Below, piece after piece: positions 54,381 to 64,000 of a stretch of DNA of 64,000 nt. Source of the stretch: Eledone cirrhosa (Eukaryota). The notes beneath the pieces are model-generated. The model searched no databases and was not told where the DNA came from. It was given only the letters and a program-made list of their open reading frames with translations. A program made the position numbers and the translations under genes. Each line of letters opens with the position of its first letter. Position 1 is the first letter of the stretch. The stretch lies in contig OZ024741.1 of NCBI GenBank assembly GCA_964016885.1, positions 309,380,001 through 309,444,000 of the forward strand. Reading direction: 5' to 3'.

Positions 54381-54458
54381 GGACTTACAAATATGCACAA
54401 CATACAGAAAATGTCACTACTAAGTACTGCGTATATATTTCTTAGAATACTATCAATA
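54381..54458 (+). pseudogene. Short C-terminal fragment of an RLE-type (R4/Dong-like) LINE ORF
   Basis: Translates GLTNMHNIQKMSLLSTAYI..., resembling the IQKxxLLGTAHILR C-terminus typical of these elements. Confidence 0.5.
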
Positions 54459-54479
54459 CGAATGAAGGAATGAACATCC

Positions 54480-54872
54480 GTCGATTTCAACAATGAGTGT
54501 TCCAGTTGTTCGATCAATGAAACACTCTACTTATGAAACTAGCATGTTAGTGACTGAGGATTTTACAGAGCCGTGTAGTCTTAATGTAGTTCTCGGGGAG
54601 ATATAGTATGACACAGTATGACACAGTGTGACACAGTGTGACACAGTGTGACACAGTGGGACACAGTGTGACACAGTGTGTGTGTGACAAGACTGGTCCT
54701 TTGAATTACAGGTTCAGTCTATTCAACGGACTTCCAAACAGTTCACTCACAAGGTATGGATTGACCGAAGGATATGATAAATGACGCTTACCCAAGATGC
54801 AAAGCAGTAGGATCGAACCCGTCACCTAATAATTGAAAAGCGAACTTCTTAACCATCTGGTCATGCTATGGC
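54480..54872 (-). mobile_element. Second tRNA-derived SINE family with an internal 10-bp tandem (GTGACACAGT-like, x7-8, ~54606-54680)
   Basis: Minus-strand B-box GGGTTCGATCC (plus strand ggatcgaaccc ~54810) with an A-box-like AGATGGTTAAG upstream. Confidence 0.65.
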
Positions 54873-54924
54873 CACACTGTCAATACAATATAAAACCATA
54901 TATATATATATACATACACACACA

Positions 54925-54976
<52 letters not shown>

Positions 54977-55039
54977 AAGTAATTAACGATAACAAAAATA
55001 AAAAGGCGACAAGTGATGACCCAACAAAAGAATTAACTA

Positions 55040-55565
55040 CGAACCAACCAGCCATCTAACCAATCTACCAACACCCAACCAACGAACAAACAAGCCAATC
55101 GACCAATCAGTTAACCTCCCAATCAACAAACCAGCCAACGAACCAGCTAGGCACCAGCCAGCCAACCAACTTTGCAACTAGCTAACCAATAAAGTAAACA
55201 GCCACTCACCCAAATAATGGGCTAAACAAGTAGCCAACAAACTGACTAAGCAAGCAACCCACTAGTAACCCACCCAACCAATGGGCTAGATAATCAACTA
55301 ACCAGCCGACTAAGTAACCAGCCAACCAATCAAACTAAACAATCAACCAACCGACTAAGCAACCAACCAACTATCCACCAATCCAACCAATCAACTAAAC
55401 AAGCAACCAACCAACCGACTAAGCAACCAGCCCACTAGCCGAGCAAGCAGCCAACTAACCAATCGACTAAGCAACTAGTCAGCCAACCAATCGATTAAGT
55501 AACCAGGCAACCAACCAACTCACCAATCGACTAAGCAAGCTACTAACCAACCAACCAACTGGCTA
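55040..55565. repeat. Degenerate (AACC/ACTA)n tetranucleotide repeat
   Basis: Seen directly. Confidence 0.85.
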
Positions 55566-55960
55566 ACAAGACCCAGTCCACCATAAGAAGACGAGAAACC
55601 CGAACCAAAAGAGGACAAGTGAGGAAATATTGCTTTTTGTTGACATAGCTCTTTCGTTTGATCGCTAACAACTGATAGAAACAAATGACAACACAGATGG
55701 AGCCTTAGCACGTGTGTAGGACCGTTATCGCTGCCGAATGTAACATTCTCATTTTCAATAACCGTGTCTGTATATCTCATGTATTGTGTATTGTGTATAT
55801 AAAGTGTGTATATAAGTGCATGTTTGTGTCTGTGTATGTGTGAGAGTACGTGTATGTTTACACGCGCTTGTAATAGTATTATATCTTATTTGCTCTCCTT
55901 TATTTTTATTATTCATAACTTCTTTTTTTTAAATTACCAGATTTTGTTAGATATCTTTTA

Positions 55961-55962
<2 letters not shown>

Positions 55963-56036
<74 letters not shown>

Positions 56037-56070
56037 GTCTATCTATCTATATATATCTCGCTCTCTCTCG

Positions 56071-56103
<33 letters not shown>

Positions 56104-56392
56104 CATATATAGGTATCCCTCTCACTCTCTTTCTCTCTCTCTCTCTTTCTCTCTCACTCCTCTCTTTCTTTCTCTTTCTCTTTCTCTTTCTCTTTCTCTT
56201 TCTCTTTCTCTTTCTCTTTCTCTTTCTCTCTCTCTCTATCTCTCTATCTCTATCTATCTCTTTCTCTCTATATATCTATATATCTATATATCTATATATC
56301 TATATATCTATCTCCCTCTCTCTCTCTCACTCTGTCTTTTTTCTTTCTCTCTCTCACTCTCACTCTCTATCTCTATCTCTCTCTTTCTTTCG

Positions 56393-56439
<47 letters not shown>

Positions 56440-56650
56440 CTACTCTATTTTATTATCTTTTTCTCTATCTCTGTCTCTGACTTTCTCTCGTTTTCTTTTT
56501 CTTCTCTGTTTCTACATAGTTAAAAACCATGGCAACAGATGAAATATGATGACACAGCAGAAATCTAGTGACACTAACTTTTTCTATTTTCCCCCTTCTC
56601 TTTACATACATATATGTGTGTGTATGTGTGTTTGTGTGGGTGTACATGTA

Positions 56651-56722
<72 letters not shown>

Positions 56723-56920
56723 GGGGTGCGTGTGTGTTTGTGCACACGTTTATATATCTATCAGTATACGTTACATAGTTTTAATTCTGTGTGAAAGAGA
56801 GAATGTGTGTATGTGTGTATGTATGCATATGTGTATGTGTGTGTGTTTGTGCATGTTTGTGTATGTGTGTATGTGTGTATGATTGTGCATGTGTGTATGT
56901 GTATGTGCTTATCTAATCAC
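55963..56920. repeat. Compound (TC)n/(TATC)n/(TTTCTC)n/(CA)n/(TA)n/(TG)n microsatellite tract
   Basis: Seen directly. Confidence 0.9.
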
Positions 56921-57146
56921 TAGCTTTTCCTTTTCATTTTATTGTCTTTATTATTTTTTTCTAATCTACTTTGTAGTTTCACTTTCATTTTCACTTATCG
57001 CCTTATCCACTCCATTATCATTCTACCATTACTTCTTGCTTCTCTTCATTCTCTCTATCCGTCCGTCCACCAGTCTTTTCCATCCGTGTCCTCCTATTAT
57101 AATTTATTTGTCTTTCGTAATTAGAAAGGATTTATTTCTCTGCATG

Positions 57147-57509
57147 CGTCAGTGGCTTCATCGATAATAACGTTACAAAAAAAGCCAATAGTTTCAATAT
57201 ACAAGGTCTTTCCTAGTTCGAATCCAACCTGGGACCATACACACGTCCAGGAATAAGATACCTCATTGCTAGGATTAATAAAGTTCTCATCCACAGCACT
57301 AAATTGCTTTGTCCCATTTGCATAATAATTACAAACGTCTGTGGCTTCGTCGATAATATCGTTATAAAAACCATTAGTGTCTATATATAGTTTCCTATCG
57401 AGTTCGAATCCAGTCTAGGACGAAATACACAACCAGTTACAAGACACCTGATCACTAAGATTAATACATTTCTCAGCCATAGAACTAAATTGATTTGTCT
57501 AATTTGCAT
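57147..57509 (+). repeat. Diverged tandem dimer of a ~189-bp unit, each with a Pol III B-box (GTTCGAATCC) and a terminal ATTTGCAT
   Basis: Units start at 57147 and 57336 (cgtcWgtggcttcRtcgataata). B-boxes at 57216 and 57402; ATTTGCAT at 57316 and 57502. Confidence 0.75.
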
Positions 57510-57589
57510 TGCAGCGACGAGCTTTAACATCAGCTGGTAAACTGTAAACAGTTAGAAGGGGTCGCGCGGTGAGTTATATATTCATTCCT

Positions 57590-57770
57590 AACATAAACAC
57601 AAGGCTAGCAAATTTGTTGTTGTTTTTTTTTGGGGGGGGGGTTATTAAATCTACCACAATGCTTGACTGGTACTTGATTTTATCGACCCCGGAAGGGTGA
57701 AAGTCAAAGTTGCCCTCTGAACACAGACTGAAAAAAGCCAGAAAACCGACAATCTACCAATCCATCATCC
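57590..57770 (-). mobile_element. Diverged SINE family A fragment
   Basis: gactggtacttgattttatcgaccccggaagggtgaaagtcaaagtt. Confidence 0.7.
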
Positions 57771-58108
57771 TTGGTCCGTTATATATTAACACTGACTCGT
57801 AAGAGTGTTGTTTCACAGGGCTTAATCAAGGCGACCAGCCAGCCGGCGGCATTCAGTTCAGGATAACAATAAATTAGTGGCCTTTAGTTAGCAAAAGGGT
57901 TGTATGTGTTCTCTTTCAATATAAATTCGCCAGTTTGTGTCAGCCAGAGCGATCATAATAAACTCTAAAACTACTGATACAAGAAGCCCTATCTTTAAAT
58001 ACTTAAATATTTTAAAACAATGTATCTTGGTAAAGGCTCGATTTGTAACATCATCATACATATTTACGCGCGCGCGTGCACAGGCACGCACACACAAGCA
58101 TGCACGCG

Positions 58109-58180
<72 letters not shown>

Positions 58181-58826
58181 TAGAAAATGTAAGAGAAACA
58201 CAAAAATAAGGACAATTCCCGCTCTTCGGATGTCTGCTGATGTTTCGGCGCATTAAAGACAGTCCATCTCACCGCAATGCGTTAATAACTACGAGGTAGT
58301 TATTAGGGAAGGAAACAACAACAAATAAACAGAGACAATAGCGAAGAGAAACACGTCTGATCTTAGCGAGAACAGGCGCAAAAAGGGAGAGACGAAGGAA
58401 AACGGAAGTGAGAGAGGGAGAGGCAGAGGGAGAAAGGGGATAGATGGTAGGTGAAAAAGTATATATATACGATAAATGGATTTGTATTGATTCCTTCATT
58501 GAACAAACCTGGTATTGGTTCAACTCCCTCATATGTATGTCTATACTTCTGTATAAATATATATATATCATATATCTTCAATTAATTTGTTAATTACTCC
58601 CTTACGGTAGAATATAAAATTTGCGTGATTCGGACTGCTTTTTCTAGCAGCCCCATTACTTGTCATTGTCCACCTATATATATGAGAGGTTGCTAAAGAC
58701 CAGTAGTTAAATTCTAAAATTCATACTAAGGCTGCAAATGTATTTATTTACATTTCGTATGTTATTCAATATGCAACCCCAGTCTCATATATTTTGGAGG
58801 GTCATGCTGCCTATAAAAACCTACGC

Positions 58827-58860
<34 letters not shown>

Positions 58861-58871
58861 ACATATATATA

Positions 58872-58968
<97 letters not shown>

Positions 58969-59025
58969 ATGTATGTTTATATATTTATATATTTATATAT
59001 ATATATGTGTGTATATACGTATATA

Positions 59026-59124
59026 CGAGGTGTGTCAGAAAAGTTCTAGGAACGATGTCACAAAAGATTTATTTCAAACCCAAATTTCACACTAAGAGTC
59101 CTGGAACTTTTCTGACACACCTCG
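59026..59124. mobile_element. 99-bp mariner-type MITE
   Basis: 26-bp TIRs CGAGGTGTGTCAGAAAAGTTC(T/C)AGGA with one mismatch, flanked by TA on both sides inside a (TA)n tract. Confidence 0.88.
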
Positions 59125-59206
59125 TATATATTTATATATTTATATATACATATATATATATACATACACACATATATATATATATATATACATATATAAA
59201 GATATG

Positions 59207-59278
<72 letters not shown>

Positions 59279-59372
59279 GGAAAATTTGAACAGGAACAAA
59301 ACAGAGAGGCAGTACAACGAATGTTTATTAATTTCACGCTCTTGAGAGTGGGGTGATATATATATATAATGC

Positions 59373-59441
<69 letters not shown>

Positions 59442-59707
59442 AAACACGCTATTTGTCAATTGCGTGGTATATAGTGTTCCATTCCTTGAGCAAGTCAAGT
59501 TAGTCAGAAGAAATAAAGCGATTCTTCACCATTCTTATGCTGACATTTTTGCAACATTTATAGAAAAGTGGTTCACTTAATGTTACTCTGCTTCCTTAAT
59601 CGGTCGTATTTACTTAATTATTTTGATATTTCCACACCGTTCACCATTTTCTTTTTCATTTTTTGTTTTTAATTCTTCACACCATTGCAATATTATTTGT
59701 CGTCTTT

Positions 59708-59890
59708 CGGCGTAGTGGATTGGCTGAATTGGTAGAGCATCGGAGAAAATGCCACTGAGGTTTTTTTTTTTTTTTTTTTTTAAATCCTGCCGAGGTCTTC
59801 TTCGCCTTACATCGATAAAATGAAGTATCAACCAAGTACTGGGGTTGATTTAATCAACTTTATCCTTCTCCTGTCTAAATTAGAAATCAA
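59708..59890 (+). mobile_element. Diverged SINE family A copy interrupted by poly-T
   Basis: ggattggctgaattggtagagcatcgga...aaatcctgccgaggtc...atcgataaaatgaagta. Confidence 0.7.
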
Positions 59891-59953
59891 GATTACTTGT
59901 TATTGTTCTTTCTGTTTAACCCCAACCAGCCCTCTCCTGACTCAGAAAATATA

Positions 59954-60043
59954 CAGCGTGTCCTCAAAAAATTGTATATACACTGTACAGGCAATATTTA
60001 TTAGAATGGTGTTGAAGTGTGTATACATTTTTGGGGCACCCTG
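59954..60043. mobile_element. 90-bp Tc1/mariner-type MITE (degenerate)
   Basis: Left end TA-CAGCGTGTCCTCAAAAAATTGTATATACACT versus the reverse complement of the right end CAGGGTGCCCCAAAAATGTATACACACT. Confidence 0.7.
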
Positions 60044-60544
60044 AATGATCGAAGGAATCCCATTCAATCGTCAGCTGTGACCATTGCGTCTTCTAACTAT
60101 ATCAGAGTCTACAGAGTCTTTCCTTTCTTTTTAAACGAAAATGGTGCCATCTGAGGGAGATTTGTCTACTATTTCTAGTACAATCATACCAACATGTTGT
60201 TGCTAGTGTTGTTACTATTTCTGTTTTCGATGGTGGGGGGGGGGGGGGATGACTATGATCAAAGGCATTGAAACCTATATTTTCGTCTACTAGGAAGTAC
60301 ATACTATCCGATGTCTCGTGTCCTTCCCTTCTTTAATTTTAAACTGTACGATGTGGTCTAAGGGAGTTTTGGGCCATTGTTTTCAGTCGTCCTGGAAAAA
60401 GAAAGTTGGATTTGATCCTGGTGAGAATTGAACTCAGATTATACAGGACTGGAAGTTCGTTGCAATATTGGTTTCTTATACTTGTAGAAAACGACAAAAT
60501 TGTACAGGAATCAAAATAACATAGATACATACAAACATACATAC

Positions 60545-61020
60545 AAGATGGCTGCAGACTTTGCTAAGAGTATTGCAGTCGCTTGCAACAGATCCTGAAC
60601 AAGCAATGCCTGCGCTTTGAAGGGTTTTTTTAAGTGGGGAAAGGCCTTGCACTCGACCAATCCCATTCTCTGAGCATCGAAAACACTACCCGAAAAGGAG
60701 AACTTGTCAATATCATCGGATGCTCCAGAAGGTTTGTTTTATTTTTTTTATCTGAGTTTCCCTCTCTTGGAAAGATGTGACAACAACTGGGAGCCTTTCT
60801 CTCCCAGGTGGAAAAAGAAAAGTTCTATTTGGATGGCCGTTGACTCTGCTGAGTTCGTCCGCCCTTTGCCGGGACTTGTATCTCATCCCGCAGGGTGTCC
60901 AAATATCATCCTCCTCACCAAGCAAGCTTGGTGGGGTTGTTGGTTTAGTCGCCGGTGACCCGACCATGAGACAGGTGGTACAGGGTTACATGTTACCAGT
61001 AGCACTCGAGAGCGACCTGA
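60545..61020 (-). mobile_element. Family B non-autonomous repeat (RTE 5'-UTR-like head)
   Basis: Reverse complement is homologous to 43501-44040 along its length; flanked by (CATA)n on both sides. Confidence 0.78.
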
Positions 61021-61048
61021 CATATATACATACATACATATGTAGTTA

Positions 61049-61700
61049 TTACATACTCTGGAATGCTTTACAAATTTTTACAGTTTCATTAATGGAAAGA
61101 ACTTGTAATTTCCAAATTAAAGTATAATGTTTGCATTAAAAGAAAGAAAAATAAATATTAAACAATGAAGGTAAGAAGAAGGGGCGGCACATTCTATACC
61201 ACAGTTTAGACGGAAGATGTGCTCTTTCTGGTTCTATGAAGCCCAACTTCTCAAGATTTGTGCTGGGGCAGTTAGCAATATATCCTGGTGTCCCAATGAT
61301 CACAGGTATAAATCTAAAAGTATAGTGAGGATGGAATATCTGCGGGTTCCTTATTAGTTCGGCATAAATGTTCTCCATTTCACTAATCTTTAGCATTACA
61401 TTAACATCAAGTGGATAGCTGATTTCCACTCCTGTGTATACCTTCTTTTCTCTGTTCCATATCACTGTGCCTGGTCTGTTATGTTTACATTTCATCGGGT
61501 TTTTGACTGGAACGTCCCACCAGTATATATTATATGTGAGCATGCCCTCAACATCGCTGTAAGTTTTTGTGTTTTATCTTCAGGAAAATCATGTCTACGG
61601 ATTGCTTTTTATAGTGTTTTCGACACCACATCATGTCTCATAGATAGATAGTATAGTGATGATTTCTTTCCACAGTCTGCATCTGTTGTCGCATGTATCT
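61049..61700 (-). pseudogene. Decayed 3' fragment of an R4/Dong-like LINE: zinc knuckle/RHD + restriction-like endonuclease + C-terminus
   Basis: Minus strand reads CDNRCRL..., MRHDVVSKTL, YWWDVPV..KHNRPGTVIW..VEISYP..ENIY..FIPVIIG..G, and LIWKLQVLSINETVKICKAFQSM*. It contains stops, frameshifts and an AT-rich insertion at ~61125-61220. Confidence 0.85.
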
Positions 61701-61751
61701 TTAAATGTATGTATGTATCTATGTATGTATGTATGTATGTATGTATGTATG

Positions 61752-63830
61752 TTCTTCTGGTTTTATAATTTCACAAATGTTTTCCCAATAGAGAGAGAGA
61801 GTCGGTTTCTAACATAGACACAAGACCCTCTCATTGGAATTTACACATCAACTAGGTAGATTATGTATGCATGCATGTGTAGATATGGATGTTATTGTAT
61901 GTGTGGATTATGTACAAGGATGTCTTCCACATTGCTGTAGCTTTTAATGTGTTTATTATCGGGGCTATCTTTTTTACGAACTGCATTGTACAGTGTTTTG
62001 GCCACTAAATCATGCCTCATGGGTAGATAGTACCGCGATGACATCTTTGGATAGCTGCTGATGACATGGGTGATATCCTCGATGTTAGTTCTGCAGAGTC
62101 TGCACTTGTTATCACATCTAGGTGTTTTGCCTGCATCCCTATCTCTTTTGTGAATCAGGTTTTTCGTGCTAATCTCCTGTTCTTGGATTGCAAAAGCATA
62201 CCCTTCAAAGTGGGAGCCAATATAGCGGTTGTTGGTCCAAGATAGACTACTTTCCTTATCTATATTACTCTCACTCTGGAGCTTCCTGGCAACATATCCA
62301 TGCATGATTTTTTGCTGAGAGGCATACAGTTTTTCATCCATGGATTCACTGCGATACTGCTGAGCGACATCCCTGGGTGTGAGTTTTTGATTATCACACA
62401 AGGAATATCTCTCAAGGAGTTCCTTCCCAACTCTCATGATCTTATCTGTTTCATGCAGATAGACTTGCTCGAGAAGCAGGCTCCTACGCTTCGAGGTTCG
62501 TATATGTTGTCGGAGAGATATGATGCGACATTCAAATGTTGTCTGGACTGATGTTAGGCCTCTGCCCCCCTGCTTACGTTTCAAGTAAAGGCGGTCTATG
62601 TCACTGTTGGTGTGGAAGTTTCCGGTGTTGTTCAGTATTTTTCGAGTTCCAACATCAACTGCTCGGATTTCGTCTATCGTCCAATTGAGTATTCCAAACG
62701 TTGGTTTTAGGACAGGCACAGCAAACACATTGTGAGCCACTGTTTTGTTTTGCGCAGAGAGTTCCGATGACCAGATCTTTCTTAATCGGGTGTAGTATTC
62801 CCTGGTTACGCGTTCTTTATTACAGATACCATTATAGGATATGTTCTCATCTATCCCCAGGTATCTGTGGCAGTCCTCATCAGATATCGGTGAAACAGTT
62901 AGACCATTGATGACAATGTTGCTAGATTGGGTTGTTGTTTTTCCCCGCTTTACAGTCATGTATGAGCATTTATCTTGGCCAAACTCCATTCCTATATCCT
63001 TTGAGAACGTTGTAACCAGGTCAAGATTTTTCTTCATCCCATCCATGTTCTTGGCATAGAGTTTCAGATCGTTCACAAAGAAGTTATGGGTTAGGTTCGT
63101 ATTTCTGTCCTCCTGTGAGCCAATGATGTATCCCTCACATTTCTTGAGCAGAAAGGACAAGGGGTTTAATGACAAGATGAACAATATCACAGAGAGACTG
63201 TCCCCCTGAAATATACCCCTGCAATATTTTATTTTATCAGTGAAAATAGAGTCCTCCCTCTCTGTCTGTAACCTTAGGATAGTAGCCCAAGAAGAAGACA
63301 GCCTCTCTATGGCTCTGACAATAATGTCTGGGACTTTAGCAAGTTGGAGGGCCTCTATCATCCAAGAGTGGGGAACAGAATCGAAAGTTTTCTTGTAGTC
63401 CAGCCAGACTGTAGTCATATTCCTCCTAAGTTGTCGCACCTCCGACATCGCAGTTTTGTTGATTAGGAGTTGTTCAGCACATCCACAAACCCTTTTCTTT
63501 CCAGCTGCTTGTTCATCTGTGATGATGTTATTATTTTCACAGTGATCTTGGAGGAATAGGTTCAGGCAGGCTGTATACATCTTATACATCAGGTTCTGGC
63601 ATGCAATGGGTCGGTAGTTTTTTGCCAAGTGGGTGTCTTTGTTCTTGGGGACCAGTAACGTTTGTGCTAATGTCAACCATTCTGGTATAAGTGTATCTCC
63701 CTTAAGAACTTGTTGGTAGAGGTCAGTAAGATACCTCCGATAGAATATTAGTTTTTTGTACCAGTAGCCGACAATCATGTCTCTTCCTGGTGTTTTCTTA
63801 TCTTGGAGTTTTCCTATCACAGTCTCAAGG
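61752..63830 (-). mobile_element. 5'-truncated R4/Dong-like (RLE-type) LINE: RT + zinc knuckle (ORF 63820-61892) and putative 3' UTR with (CATA)n tail; probably inactive
   Basis: Motifs KNYRPIAC, WLDYKKTFDSVPH, RGIFQGDSLS, FVNDLKL (first catalytic D replaced by N), RYLGI, RLYLKRKQGGRGL, CRLC...HVISSY (last Cys lost) and RHD. The ORF stops before the RLE domain. Confidence 0.9.
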
Positions 63831-64000
63831 GTACCCTCACTTATTTCGTATGTTTGGTACCCTCGTATGTATGTATATTTATATGTATGTATCTTCTGCG
63901 CTTGGTTTTACTATTAGCATGAAGATGACTGTGGCCATGTACCAGCCAGTACCAGGAAAACCATATGTAGAACCAGGCATAAGTGTATGATCAGAAACTC

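Noticed and set aside
55580-55625. Possible micro-exon (EDEKPEPKED, followed by GTGAG)
   Set aside because: No polypyrimidine tract, no partner exons and no recognisable homology.
58205-58285. Minus-strand GCCGAAAC... as a hammerhead remnant
   Set aside because: No CTGAnGA and no convincing stems.

Overview
Repeat-saturated eukaryotic genomic DNA. The tRNA-derived SINE family and the microsatellite load resemble an octopus/cephalopod genome; this is inferred from recalled sequence, not from a search. No host protein-coding gene can be supported, and nearly all long ORFs in the track are artefacts of triplet-periodic repeats. The window contains: (1) the 3' part of an uninterrupted L1/Tx1-type LINE ORF2 (RT + CCHC zinc finger) and a second, decayed 3' copy, both ending on TC/TATC microsatellites; (2) about 4 kb of (CAT/CAC)n repeats, then a ~33 kb array of a 39-bp minisatellite with 2.1-2.4 kb and ~4.3 kb higher-order periods; this array carries one ~1.2 kb inversion whose right breakpoint has captured 87 bp of a Tx1-like zinc-finger coding sequence; (3) a decayed APE-endonuclease LINE remnant, R4/Dong-like RLE LINE remnants, many SINEs (three with 19-20 bp TSDs), an RTE-5'UTR-like non-autonomous family, and two Tc1/mariner-type MITEs. 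The most notable signal is at 45.4-46.7 kb, where three different minimal type I hammerhead ribozyme folds lie within ~1.1 kb. Two of them are duplicated on both strands inside near-perfect fold-back palindromes, and a shared TACTC..GAGTA hairpin follows several of them. These look like Penelope-like retroelement terminal repeats.
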